Part shown: positions 46,655 through 57,550 of the stretch, piece by piece
Numbering within the stretch: the first letter of the stretch is position 1
Layout of the letters: each line of letters opens with the position of its first letter
The notes under the pieces: generated by a model
The model's input: only the letters and a program-made list of their open reading frames with translations
Told to the model about the DNA's origin: nothing
Database searches by the model: none
Program-made: the position numbers and the translations under genes
Assembly: GCA_021162245.1 (NCBI GenBank)
Contig: JAGGZD010000018.1
Span: forward strand, 1-62,683
Length of the DNA: 62,683 nt
DNA from: Dehalococcoidia bacterium
GTDB taxonomy: Bacteria > Chloroflexota > Dehalococcoidia > GIF9 > AB-539-J10
Direction: 5' to 3'

Positions 46655-46813
46655 CAGCTATAAGTCAATAGCCTCTTAGTAACAACCAGCATGGGACAAT
46701 AGTCACAGTCCACAATTTTAGTGTTATCAGCTGTCGCCCCGCTCCCATAGCAGAGCGAGCAGCCTTGAGTCCAGCGCTTCTTAAAGCAAATGCCCTTCGA
46801 CTTCTCCTGAGTT

Positions 46814-47383
46814 TCAAAAATAGTAAGCCCGCCTTCTCTTCTTAAAGAAATAACCAGCCGCCAGTCCCAGGGCGAAGCCGCCGAGGTGAGCCTGCCATGC
46901 TACGCTGGGAAGAAAGGAAAGGAGCAGTAAAATTATGGTCGCCATCCAGAGCGGAATGGGAATCGGTATAGGAAAAACAAAAACCCGCACCTTGGGAACC
47001 ATTATGGCTAAGGCTCCGCCCATGGCAAAGATAGCTCCGGAAGCTCCCACCCCAGGGATAAAGGAAGGGCCCAGCAAGATATAGAAGATGTTCCCCACCA
47101 CTCCTCCGGCGAAATATACTCTCAGGAAATCCCTCTCCCCCACCAGCCTGAGCAGAAACCCTCCCAGGAAATACAGACTTATCATATTGAACATGATATG
47201 TCGGAAACCAGCGTGGACAAAGAGGTTGCTTATTATAGTCCAGGGCTGGTGCAGGAAATATGCCGGCGTCAAGCCAAGTAGAAAGATTGCCTCTGGCTGT
47301 ATCAGGGTAATTATAAAGATTAAGACATTCGCAATTATCAAAAACCACAGGGCATTAAACTTGAAAGAGCTATAGTTTCTCAT
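46814..47383 (-). CDS. Rhomboid-family intramembrane serine protease
   Basis: 189 aa, six TM segments. HxxxN (HIMFNM), catalytic Ser in GASGAIFAMGG, His in AHLGGFALG. Confidence 0.85.
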   Translation of the reverse strand: MRNYSSFKFNALWFLIIANVLIFIITLIQPEAIFLLGLTPAYFLHQPWTIISNLFVHAGFRHIMFNMISLYFLGGFLLRLVGERDFLRVYFAGGVVGNIFYILLGPSFIPGVGASGAIFAMGGALAIMVPKVRVFVFPIPIPIPLWMATIILLLLSFLPSVAWQAHLGGFALGLAAGYFFKKRRRAYYF

Positions 47384-47691
47384 AAAGCCAATTATAGGTT
47401 AATATTACCCTCCAGTTCAACACGCATCATATGCCACAACATTTATGCTCCGGTTCAAGATAGACAGTGGATACTCTGGGCAGCCTTTATATGTCATAAA
47501 CAATGTTACTTGTTTCCCATGCCCCGTTTATATTAAGATTTCACCCCCATCCTCGCTAACATAGCTTGACAAGCATTGAAATTGATGTAATTATGTCTGC
47601 TACTCTGGATGTAGTGAGCCAGTGGACTTGCTGTAACAACTGGGTTCGAAATAAACTGTCTCTACCCGATAGCAGAGGTAAACGGAGGAAT

Positions 47692-48093
47692 ATGGCAACT
47701 ATAAGCTATGGCGAGCTGGCTCCGGGGTATGAATTCCCCGTAACTACCCATGAGATGTCCTCGTCATTTATCTCCAGCTATGTAAAGGCGGTGGAGAGCC
47801 CGGATGATAAATATGCTCCTCCCCTGGCTATAGCAGCATGTGCCATGAACGCCATGACAGGGGCTGTTTCATTCCCACCAGGTATTATACACGCATCCCA
47901 GGAATTCGAGTTTTTTAGATTAGTACCGATAGGCACCACAATAATTTGTCATGCCAGGGTAATTCGGAAGCTAGCTAGAAGCACGATGCATATGTTAGAA
48001 TTGGAACTTAGTGTTTTTAATAAAAATGGAGAGAGAATTCAATCAGGAAAGGCAACTCTAATATTGCCAGTTCAGAGGGCAAATGCTCAGTGA
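47692..48093 (+). CDS. MaoC-like single-hotdog protein lacking the hydratase-2 motif (HadA-like non-catalytic dehydratase subunit)
   Basis: Start moved to the ATG at 47692 (GGAGG 3 nt upstream). 133 aa. No D-x-N-P-x-H motif. 11-nt overlap with the next gene. Confidence 0.65.
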   Translation: MATISYGELAPGYEFPVTTHEMSSSFISSYVKAVESPDDKYAPPLAIAACAMNAMTGAVSFPPGIIHASQEFEFFRLVPIGTTIICHARVIRKLARSTMHMLELELSVFNKNGERIQSGKATLILPVQRANAQ

Positions 48094-48517
48094 AATTTGT
48101 GTGGATAAAACTCTTTCCCCTGTGGTGAAGCACATCACCCAGGAAAAAATTAACTCTTATGCCGAAGCCTCGGGGGACTTTAACCCTATCCACGTAGATG
48201 AGGCTTTTGCTACCCAAACGCCGCTGGGCGGCACCATAGCCCACGGCATGCTTATTCTGGCTTACGCCTCAGAGATGATGACGCAGTCTTTCGGCAGAAA
48301 CTGGAATTCCACAGGTAAATTTTCCATTCGCTTTAAAGTGCCGGCACGCCCAGGGGACACCATAACCACCACGGGGAAAATCGATTCCGTCGAGGACAAA
48401 GAAAGCACTCCATCCGTGAACTGCAGTATCGAATGCCACAACCAAAAGGGGGAAACTATAATCATGGGCGGGGCGACAGTCAAACTTTCACCTCAAAAAA
48501 GGATGTCCAATGCCTGA
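48083..48517 (+). CDS. MaoC-like dehydratase with hydratase-2 motif (HadB-like catalytic 3-hydroxyacyl-ACP/CoA dehydratase subunit)
   Basis: YAEASGDFNPIHVDEAFA matches the hydratase-2 signature (S-G-D-x-N-P-I-H-x5-A), followed by IAHGM. Confidence 0.8.
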   Translation: MLSEICVDKTLSPVVKHITQEKINSYAEASGDFNPIHVDEAFATQTPLGGTIAHGMLILAYASEMMTQSFGRNWNSTGKFSIRFKVPARPGDTITTTGKIDSVEDKESTPSVNCSIECHNQKGETIIMGGATVKLSPQKRMSNA

Positions 48518-49544
48518 AGTTAGCAAGAGGACAAGGATAGCAGTCGATGCTATGGGAGGCGATCATGCCCCCGAAGAGATAGTTAAAGGAGCAATTCAGG
48601 CTGCACAGAAAGACCATGTGGAAGTTATCCTGGTTGGACTCATGGATGTATTAGAAAAGGAGTTGTGCAAGTATCATTCTTCAGGGAGTTTACCCCTCCG
48701 TTGTGTCGCAGCCAGCGATGTTATTAAAGAAAATGAATCACCCAGCCTGGCAATTCGCCGTAAATCTAACTGCTCCATAGCTGTGGCTACAAAGCTGGTA
48801 AAAGCAGGTGAGGCGGATGCTGTAGTGGGTGCTGGCTCTTCAGGAGCAGCGGCTGTTAGTGCCATCCACTACATGGGCATGGTGGAAGGAATGGAGCGTC
48901 CTGCAATCTGCGCCCCCCTCAGCAGCTTCGCCCCCAACGTACTACTTGTAGATTTCGGTGCTAATGTTGACTGCAAACCGTATCAGCTTCTAGCATTTGC
49001 CGTTGCTGGGACTGTCTATGCCAGGAAGATATTTAACATTGCCAACCCTGCTGTAGGCTTGTTGAGCACAGGAAGTGAGAAAAACAAAGGGAATGAAGTG
49101 GTACGTGAAACTTACCCTCTCCTTGAAAAAAGCGACTTGAATTTTATCGGCAATATAGAAGGCAGCGATATTCTCAGTGGGCGAGCCAATGTTATCGTTT
49201 GCGATGGATTCGTGGGCAACATCATAATCAAATTCTATGAAAGCATAGGGAAATACGCCATGAAATGGATGGAAAGGAAGGTAAATGGACATCCGCTGGT
49301 AAGTAGCGTGGCTAGATTGTCATTTAACAAAATATTCCCTGTAAACAAACTGAGCTATGAAAGCGAGGATATGGGCGGTGGTATTTTATGGGGTATTGAC
49401 GGCGTTGTCAGAATAGCGCACGGAGCTTCTCGAGCTCCACACATTGCTCATGCCATAGCAAGCGCCAGCAATGCTGTGGAGACTGACCTTGTTGGCTGTT
49501 TAAAGTCGGAACTGGCGAAACTGAGAAAAGAGGGCAAAATGTAA
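48510..49544 (+). CDS. plsX: Phosphate acyltransferase PlsX (copy 2)
   Basis: IAVDAMGGDHAP, GSSGAA, VCDGFVGNIIIK; 344 aa. Confidence 0.9.
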   Translation: MPEVSKRTRIAVDAMGGDHAPEEIVKGAIQAAQKDHVEVILVGLMDVLEKELCKYHSSGSLPLRCVAASDVIKENESPSLAIRRKSNCSIAVATKLVKAGEADAVVGAGSSGAAAVSAIHYMGMVEGMERPAICAPLSSFAPNVLLVDFGANVDCKPYQLLAFAVAGTVYARKIFNIANPAVGLLSTGSEKNKGNEVVRETYPLLEKSDLNFIGNIEGSDILSGRANVIVCDGFVGNIIIKFYESIGKYAMKWMERKVNGHPLVSSVARLSFNKIFPVNKLSYESEDMGGGILWGIDGVVRIAHGASRAPHIAHAIASASNAVETDLVGCLKSELAKLRKEGKM

Positions 49545-49601
49545 AGCAAAGATAGAAATTCTACACGGAATTATATAGATAAATTTCAAAGGAGGTATCG
49601 A

Positions 49602-50623
<1,022 letters not shown>

Positions 50624-50662
50624 TGGTGTTTGCCAGGATGACTTCTAAAGGAGAAAGGTAAA

Positions 50663-51889
50663 TTGAGCATGCCCCGTGTTGTAGCGACTGGAATGGGCAC
50701 CATTAACCCACTGGGATTGAGCGTGGAGGAGTTCTGGGAGGGGTTGGTTGCTGGAAAATCGGGTATCGGCCCTATCACCCACTTCGACAGCAGAAAATTC
50801 TATGTGAAAGTGGATGCCGAGGTGAAGGGATTCGACCCCACGGAATATATGGGACCAAAGATAGTTGACCGTAATCCAAGAGCTGTTCATTTTGCTATCG
50901 CTGCAGCTAGAGAAGCAATAAAATCAGCCAGGTTGAATATGACACGGGAATGTCCCGAACGTGTAGGAGTCAGTATTGGCTGTATGGCGGGGACAGACTA
51001 TATTATCAGACAAAATGAACTGTTTGAGAAACGTGGTCCAAGGAGAGTCGACCCTCTTTTTATAGCCAAATCAGGCCCCAGCGCGGCGGCAATGCAGGTA
51101 GGAATGTTCCTGGGAGCCAAGGGCCCCAATTCCAGCGTCAATAGCCTTTGTGCTACAGGTCTTGATGCCATAGGCACTGCCGTGAATTTCATCCGATTGG
51201 GATATGCAGATGTGATGGTAGCTGGGGGGGCTGATTCCAGTTTAAACCCTATCGGCATGGCCGGTATCGACATACTGGGAGCCCTTTCACGTGAACCAGA
51301 CCCAGCTAAGGCTTCCCGTCCGTTTGACCTCAATCGTAGCGGCTTTATCTATGGCGAAGGAGCAGGAATTGTTGTCCTGGAAAGTTATAAACACGCAAAA
51401 AAAAGAGGGGTGCCAATCCTGGCTGAGTTAGCCGGCGTCGGCTGGTCTTTTGACGCCTATGACCAGACTGCTCCTTCCGCTGAGACTGAAGCTTACGCTA
51501 TAAGCTCAGCTTTACAAAATGCAGGAGTAAAACCCGAAAAAATTAACTATATTAACGCCCATGGCACCAGCACCAGGTTAAATGATGCCAGCGAAAGCAA
51601 AGCTATCAAAATAGTATTTGGAGAAAAAGCTCATAAAATTCCTATCAGCTCCACCAAGTCTATGATTGGACATACAGTGACTGCTGCCGGAGCTATTGAG
51701 GCTATCGCCTGCATACTTACCCTGAATAAGGGAATTATCCACCCAACCATAAATTATGAGACAGCCGATCCCGAGTGTGACCTGGATTACGTTCCAAACG
51801 TAGCCAGATCCACACAAGTAAATACCTGCCTGACGAATAGCTTTGGACTGGGAGGCGAGAATTGCTGCATGGTGCTTAAAAGGATTTAG
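50663..51889 (+). CDS. fabF: 3-oxoacyl-ACP synthase II (copy 2)
   Basis: 408 aa. RVVATGMGTINP, active-site Cys in NSLCATGLDA, INAHGTST, KSMIGHTVTAAG, NSFGLGGEN. Start at TTG 50663 or ATG 50669. Confidence 0.9.
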   Translation: MSMPRVVATGMGTINPLGLSVEEFWEGLVAGKSGIGPITHFDSRKFYVKVDAEVKGFDPTEYMGPKIVDRNPRAVHFAIAAAREAIKSARLNMTRECPERVGVSIGCMAGTDYIIRQNELFEKRGPRRVDPLFIAKSGPSAAAMQVGMFLGAKGPNSSVNSLCATGLDAIGTAVNFIRLGYADVMVAGGADSSLNPIGMAGIDILGALSREPDPAKASRPFDLNRSGFIYGEGAGIVVLESYKHAKKRGVPILAELAGVGWSFDAYDQTAPSAETEAYAISSALQNAGVKPEKINYINAHGTSTRLNDASESKAIKIVFGEKAHKIPISSTKSMIGHTVTAAGAIEAIACILTLNKGIIHPTINYETADPECDLDYVPNVARSTQVNTCLTNSFGLGGENCCMVLKRI

Positions 51890-51895
51890 CGGCCA

Positions 51896-52633
51896 ATGGA
51901 ATTAGAAGATAAAGTATCCCTGGTAACCGGTGCCTCTCGTGGCATAGGCAGAGCTATCGCTCTAAAATTAGCCAGCCTTGGCTCTAAGGTAGCAATCAAC
52001 TATCGAGAAGGAGAAGTAGCGGCTAATAGCGTGGTACGTGAAATAGTTTCCCAAGACAGAGAAGCCATTTCTGTAAAAGCTGATGTCGCCGATAGCAAAG
52101 CAGTTAAAGCCATGATGCAGAAGGTAAATGCTGAATGGGGCAAGATTGACATTCTGGTAAACAATGCCGGTATTACCAGAGATAATTTGCTGTTGAGAAT
52201 GCCCGATAAGGCATGGGATGATGTGCTCAATACAAACTTGCGAGGGGCTTATCTATGCACCAAATTTGCGCTACGTCCTATGATAAAGCAACAGTGGGGA
52301 CGAATTATCAGCGTCGCCTCCATTGCTGGCTTAATAGGTAATGCTGGACAAACCAACTATTCTGCCTCCAAGGCAGGGATAATCGCTTTTACCAAGAGCG
52401 TGGCTCGCGAGGTAGGGTCTAGAAATATAACTGCAAACGCAGTGGCTCCAGGCTTCATTAAAACTCAAATGACAGAGAAACTGCCTGATGCGATAAAGGA
52501 ATCTATTCTATCAATGACGTCGCTACGCCGATTTGGTGAACCAGAAGATGTGGCTGAAGTGGTAGCTTTCTTAGCCAGCGATAGGGCTAGCTATATCACA
52601 GGGCAGGTCATCAGTATAGATGGCGGAATCTAG
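51896..52633 (+). CDS. fabG: 3-oxoacyl-ACP reductase
   Basis: LVTGASRGIGRA, NNAGITRD, YSASKAG, GQVISIDGG. Confidence 0.92.
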   Translation: MELEDKVSLVTGASRGIGRAIALKLASLGSKVAINYREGEVAANSVVREIVSQDREAISVKADVADSKAVKAMMQKVNAEWGKIDILVNNAGITRDNLLLRMPDKAWDDVLNTNLRGAYLCTKFALRPMIKQQWGRIISVASIAGLIGNAGQTNYSASKAGIIAFTKSVAREVGSRNITANAVAPGFIKTQMTEKLPDAIKESILSMTSLRRFGEPEDVAEVVAFLASDRASYITGQVISIDGGI

Positions 52634-52697
52634 ACCTAAACTAGCCTCTGCTGCACAGAATGAGCACAAAAGAGCAAGTCTTAGATTTTTTGCGTCC

Positions 52698-53831
52698 TCA
52701 CCACTGCACAAACATCGGCATGATTACGTGGATATAATTGTCCACGCCCACAGGATGGATAACTCCAGGGCTTGAAGGGGTGGTAACTTCTATAGCAACC
52801 TGGGGTTGGTGAAGAATACTTAAAACGTCAGAGAGATACCTGGCATTAAAAGCTATTTTAGCTTCTTCCCCATCAACAAGAGCATCCATTTCACTGACAT
52901 TGCCACCAATTTCCTCAGCCTGAGCAGAAACAGTTACCTTCCCTGGCGTCAGCTCGGAGCCCGGGGTAATAAGCAAGCGAACTATACCGCTGGCATCGCG
53001 GGCAAATATAGAAGACATCTTGGTAATCCGGAGGAACTCGTTAACATCCACTACCGCTCGAGTCGTATAACTTTGGGGAATGACTTGAGAATAATCAGGA
53101 AAGGAACCCTGAATAAGCTGAGAAACCAGTTCAGCATTTTTGAGGCGGAAGAGAGCCTGGCTTTTTTGCTGATTTATGGTGATTTCTACTGGCTCTTCCT
53201 GGTCACCAAGAAGACGATTTAGTTCACTGAGTGTTCTCGCCGGGATTATCACCATAGCTTTCTCGCCGACTGCGGAGTTAAGAGCCATCTCATGAACTGC
53301 TAGCCTGAAACCATCAGCGGCGACCAATTTAAGTCGCTCCCCCTCAAATTCAGCATTAATTCCAGTTAATACTGGGCGGGATTCCTCTGTGGCAGTAGCA
53401 AAGGCAACCTGTGTGATCCCGTCGCTGAGAGCCTTTGACGTAACATTAGTAATCACCCCATCACTCACACTGGGAACAGGTGGGAAATCCTGAGCATCAA
53501 TACCATTAATATGGGCCTGGAATCGGCCACTTTTTATCTCTACGGCGTGGCTGTTAGAAGGGAGAGTAATATCAATCAACTCGTTGGGGAGAGAATTGAC
53601 AAAATCAATGAGCAACCGAGCAGGTATTGTTACAGCGCCATCTTCCTCTATTTTAGCCCCGACCCAACACGTGGCAGCCATTTCCAAATTAGTGGCTACC
53701 AATTTGAGACGAGATTCCTCAGCAGCCAAAAGAATATTTTGAGTGATAGGCAAAGTAGACCTGATGGCTGCAGCTCTACCAACTATGCCTAATCCTCGAC
53801 TCAGGTTTTCCTGAAGACAAGATAATTTCAT
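52698..53831 (-). CDS. dnaN: DNA polymerase III beta sliding clamp
   Basis: Start at the ATG at 53831 (AGGAGG upstream). MKLSCLQENLSRGL, three-domain length (377 aa), C-terminal MPMFV. Confidence 0.9.
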   Translation of the reverse strand: MKLSCLQENLSRGLGIVGRAAAIRSTLPITQNILLAAEESRLKLVATNLEMAATCWVGAKIEEDGAVTIPARLLIDFVNSLPNELIDITLPSNSHAVEIKSGRFQAHINGIDAQDFPPVPSVSDGVITNVTSKALSDGITQVAFATATEESRPVLTGINAEFEGERLKLVAADGFRLAVHEMALNSAVGEKAMVIIPARTLSELNRLLGDQEEPVEITINQQKSQALFRLKNAELVSQLIQGSFPDYSQVIPQSYTTRAVVDVNEFLRITKMSSIFARDASGIVRLLITPGSELTPGKVTVSAQAEEIGGNVSEMDALVDGEEAKIAFNARYLSDVLSILHQPQVAIEVTTPSSPGVIHPVGVDNYIHVIMPMFVQW

Positions 53832-53887
53832 CGTATGCCTCCTAAACAAGTGATGCTATACCATTATGGCTAAGAATGTCAATATAT

Positions 53888-54484
53888 CTAACTGCAAAGT
53901 CGTTTTAAGGCTTCGTGCACTTTCCGGCTAGCTTGAGCACGATGGCTAATTTCATTTTTTGCTTCCAGCGAAAGTTCGGACATGGCCTTACCTATCTCAG
54001 GAAGGTAAAAAATAGGGTCATATCCAAAGCCACTTTCTCCTCTTGCTTTAAAGGCAATCATGCCCCTGCACTCACCACGACATAATTCCAGTCGACCTTC
54101 CGCCGTAGCCAAAGCAATGACACATTTAAAGCAAGCAGTTCGTTTTTTCCATGGAATACCATCAAGCCTGGCCAGAAGAGTTCTTACCTTATCTGCATCT
54201 GTAGCACCTTCACCGGCAAAGCGAGCTGAGTAAGCTCCAGGTTCACCACCCAGGGCATCCACCTCAAGCCCTGAATCATCAGCAAGGGTAATAAGATGAC
54301 TTAACTCAGCGTAAGTGGTCGCTTTAATTTTCGCATTCTCCTCATAGCTATTCCCTGTTTCAGTAGCAACCTTGGTTATCCCTTGCTCGACAAGGGTAAC
54401 CAGTGGATAGCCAAGACCACCAAGAAGAGAACGGAATTCCCTAATTTTCCCCACATTAGTACTAGCTAGGAGGATACTGGACAT
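53888..54484 (-). CDS. rdgB: dITP/XTP pyrophosphatase (RdgB/HAM1 family)
   Basis: LASTNVGKIREF, DSGLEVDALGGEPGAYSARF, GFGYDPIF. Confidence 0.9.
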   Translation of the reverse strand: MSSILLASTNVGKIREFRSLLGGLGYPLVTLVEQGITKVATETGNSYEENAKIKATTYAELSHLITLADDSGLEVDALGGEPGAYSARFAGEGATDADKVRTLLARLDGIPWKKRTACFKCVIALATAEGRLELCRGECRGMIAFKARGESGFGYDPIFYLPEIGKAMSELSLEAKNEISHRAQASRKVHEALKRLCS

Positions 54485-54492
54485 CTTACCTG

Positions 54493-55587
54493 TTACACAT
54501 CCTGAAATCGTGGAGCCAGTTTTTTGCTCACCTCTGGCATGGTGGTATATTCCATTTGTTCAAGCGGCAGGCGATGTGGTTCAAAAGGCCCCATGCGTCG
54601 CAAGTAATCAGCTATCTCATTCGCTTGCCGACGAGCTGAATCAAAAGCAGGGTCATCAAAAAGGTCATTAGCACCAATAAGCTTGCCATCTGCTAGCTGG
54701 AAGCCAGCAGCTATTACCCTTGGGGGGCCATCGAAGCGAGTACATTTAGCCTGGTGAAAAGGAACTGGCATCAACGGACCATGATGAGAGCCTCTCATCC
54801 ATCCTTCCACTATATTAGGCGAGGCAAATGGCTCAAGCACTTCTCCCACAGCAGGGAATTTACCCTGAGCCCTGACAATGCAAACAGGGTCATCCTTGCC
54901 TACATATCTTCCCGCAATTAAAGCTAAATGTTGTGTAGAAGAAGATGCAGCAATTTCCCCACTCTCCTTATGGTATACAGCCTTAACAGGATAACGATTT
55001 GGTGCCCCCATGAAAACAAGCATATCGTAAATTTCCTCAGGAGCATCGAAAAAAATCTTCTTTGCCTTTATAACATCATGAATCTCAAATTTAAAGCCGC
55101 CGTGCATGTTGGCTGCAATCACCAGTCCAATAGTATTAAAAGGGTCAGCGAAGATTTTGTACAACGGCAAATTCCAAGCACCCGAAGCCGTCTTATCAGC
55201 CATGAATATTATTATACTTTCAGCTTTACGCTCGGCGAATTGCATCTCAGCTACACCAGGTCCCATCCCCCTGACATTACCAGAGAAAGCGTCGGCTAAC
55301 AGGTCTTGCCCCGCACCATGCAACTTTAATTTCTTAGCCACATTGGTACATTCCACAAAGGTATCCCAGGCTAGTTTGTGAACTTGCTCATTTCCCTCAC
55401 CTTTCTGGTGAGTCATTATCAATTGAAGGTCATCACCACAAACTGTGACGTAGTAATCGATTAACATACCCTGTTCCTTAGCATGCTCCATACTTTCCTT
55501 AGCTCTCTGTATCACATCCGGGTGGGAACTGGAATGCCCCACATAGCCACCAACATCCGCCTTGATAACGCTTAAAGTTATATCCAT
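54493..55587 (-). CDS. fbp: Bifunctional fructose-1,6-bisphosphate aldolase/phosphatase (class V FBPase, archaeal type)
   Basis: 364 aa. ITLSVIKADVGGYVGHSSSHPD start is characteristic of the family. Confidence 0.92.
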   Translation of the reverse strand: MDITLSVIKADVGGYVGHSSSHPDVIQRAKESMEHAKEQGMLIDYYVTVCGDDLQLIMTHQKGEGNEQVHKLAWDTFVECTNVAKKLKLHGAGQDLLADAFSGNVRGMGPGVAEMQFAERKAESIIIFMADKTASGAWNLPLYKIFADPFNTIGLVIAANMHGGFKFEIHDVIKAKKIFFDAPEEIYDMLVFMGAPNRYPVKAVYHKESGEIAASSSTQHLALIAGRYVGKDDPVCIVRAQGKFPAVGEVLEPFASPNIVEGWMRGSHHGPLMPVPFHQAKCTRFDGPPRVIAAGFQLADGKLIGANDLFDDPAFDSARRQANEIADYLRRMGPFEPHRLPLEQMEYTTMPEVSKKLAPRFQDV

Positions 55588-55736
55588 TGTTTCCTCCTTT
55601 ACTTAATATCTGCTGTCTTTACACAACAATATCCAACCCTCACAAAGAAATATTCTGTATTGCTTGTGTTAGCAACCAGAATCACCTTCGCCTACACACT
55701 GCCTAAAAACAACACCACTTTCCTATTCCTCTAAAC

Positions 55737-56696
55737 TTGAATATTGTCTGTAAAACCTTTGAAACCTACGTTAATTATATACTTTTACAGTTGATAAAGC
55801 CAGTTTCTTACCGTAATATTCATAATCAGGTGGCAGAAAAACCTCAAGTTAAAGCATTGCTTCGTCAATACGGTCTTAAGGCAAAAAAAGAGTTGGGGCA
55901 GCATTTCCTTACGGACGAAGGTACATTAAAATGTATTTTATCTGCTGCTGAGCTTAGCCAGCAAGATATCGTAGTCGAGGTAGGTCCAGGGTTAGGCATC
56001 TTGACTAAAAGACTGGTTGAGATAGCAGGCAAAGTTATCGCGGTGGAGCTTGACCCCATGCTAGCCAGCACATTAGCGAAAAGATTGGCTCCCTTCCCCA
56101 ACCTTAGAGTTATCCATGCAGATATACTCAAAGTACCCCCCTCACAACTTCTGAAAGATTATTTAACTCTCCCTGAATTAAGCCAGGGTTACAAATACAA
56201 AGTAGTAGCCAATCTTCCTTACTATATTACTTCCCCTATCATCCATCACTTTTTAGAGGCATCATCAAAACCCTCGTTAATGGTGATAATGGTGCAAAAG
56301 GAAGTTGGCGAGGCTATAACCAGTAAGCCTAGTAAGATGAGCTTGCTTAGCCTTAGCGTTCAATTTTACAGCAAGGCAACTCTTATAGCTCGTGTCCCAG
56401 CGAAAAGCTTCTATCCGCCACCGAAGGTAGATTCAGTTATTTTACGCCTTGATACCCATCTCGCCCCACCTGTAGAAGTCTCCGACACTGGCAGCTTTTT
56501 TGACATAATAAAATGCGGTTTTGGGTCGCGCCGCAAGCAACTTCGCAACTCACTGGCTCAAGCTTTGGGAATACCACCTAGCCAGGTCGTTTCTTTGCTG
56601 GAAAAAGCAGGACTGGAACCCAAACGCCGCGCTGAAACTCTCAGTTTAGAAGAATGGAGAGTGCTATGGAGAATTTTTGCTCCTTTTAGGAAATAA
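55737..56696 (+). CDS. rsmA: 16S rRNA (adenine1518/1519-N6)-dimethyltransferase
   Basis: LGQHFL, VVEVGPGLGILT, ANLPYYITSPI. The true start is probably later than the TTG at 55737 (for example the in-frame GTG at 55830). Confidence 0.88.
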   Translation: MNIVCKTFETYVNYILLQLIKPVSYRNIHNQVAEKPQVKALLRQYGLKAKKELGQHFLTDEGTLKCILSAAELSQQDIVVEVGPGLGILTKRLVEIAGKVIAVELDPMLASTLAKRLAPFPNLRVIHADILKVPPSQLLKDYLTLPELSQGYKYKVVANLPYYITSPIIHHFLEASSKPSLMVIMVQKEVGEAITSKPSKMSLLSLSVQFYSKATLIARVPAKSFYPPPKVDSVILRLDTHLAPPVEVSDTGSFFDIIKCGFGSRRKQLRNSLAQALGIPPSQVVSLLEKAGLEPKRRAETLSLEEWRVLWRIFAPFRK

Positions 56697-56701
56697 TTGA
56701 T

Positions 56702-57550
56702 ATGTTAACCATCCGCGCGCCAGCCAAAATAAATCTTGTCCTTGAAGTCCTGGGAAAATATACTAATTATCACCAAATTTCGAGCATTATTCAGGCAATA
56801 AATCTATACGATATCCTTAATTTTAAGCTGGATGAGAAAATATCCTTCAGTTGCAGCGAGTCAAGTTTAGAGCATGATAATCTAGTAACAGCAGCCGCCC
56901 TGCTCCTCAAAAAGGAGGCAAACTACAACAAAGGAGCGCAAATCGAGCTCCGCAAGAACATACCCTGGGGAACAGGCTTGGGCGGTGGCAGTAGCGATGC
57001 AGCAGCTACTCTCTTAACGCTTAATACGCTTTGGGGTTTGAACCTGTCAAACACTGAGCTAATTCAGCTAGCAATTAAATTAGGGGCAGATGTACCCTTC
57101 TTTGTCTATGGAGGCACCGCCTTAATAGAGGGAATAGGGGAAAAGGTAACCCCATTACCACCTCTCGCTCCAACTTGTTTTGTACTACTGGTACCACCAT
57201 TATCCAAAATGCAGGATAAAACAAAGCAACTCTATGCTAAATTGAATGCTAAGCACTTTACCAGGGGACAATTCGTTCACGCAGCCCAGCTATCCTTGAG
57301 AAAAAGAAAATCAATCCCGCCCCCTCTCATGTTCAATGTCTTTGATAAAGTAGCTTTTGACTCCTTTCCCAGGCTTAATAAGTATGAAGAGAGTTTTAAG
57401 AAAGCTGGAGCATCAAACATTCACCTGGCTGGCTCCGGGCCATGTCTCTTTGCTACTGCTCATAAGAGAGAAGCTACCAGAATATGCTTACGCTTGAGAA
57501 AGCAAGGGCTAGAATGCTATATAGTGTTTCCTCTCCCCAAGAGGAGCTAG
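56702..57550 (+). CDS. ispE: 4-diphosphocytidyl-2-C-methyl-D-erythritol kinase
   Basis: APAKINLVLEV, GHMP-kinase motif PWGTGLGGGSSDAAA. Conserved ksgA-ispE adjacency. Confidence 0.9.
   Translation: MLTIRAPAKINLVLEVLGKYTNYHQISSIIQAINLYDILNFKLDEKISFSCSESSLEHDNLVTAAALLLKKEANYNKGAQIELRKNIPWGTGLGGGSSDAAATLLTLNTLWGLNLSNTELIQLAIKLGADVPFFVYGGTALIEGIGEKVTPLPPLAPTCFVLLVPPLSKMQDKTKQLYAKLNAKHFTRGQFVHAAQLSLRKRKSIPPPLMFNVFDKVAFDSFPRLNKYEESFKKAGASNIHLAGSGPCLFATAHKREATRICLRLRKQGLECYIVFPLPKRS

Noticed and set aside
46842-47348. 168-aa alternative-frame ORF inside the rhomboid gene
   Set aside because: Same strand, different frame. The annotated frame carries the rhomboid GxSG and His motifs and six TM helices.
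47566-47691. 42-codon N-terminal extension of the HadA-like ORF (TTG start)
   Set aside because: The extension contains a candidate promoter and has no hotdog-fold sequence. The ATG at 47692 has a GGAGG Shine-Dalgarno sequence.
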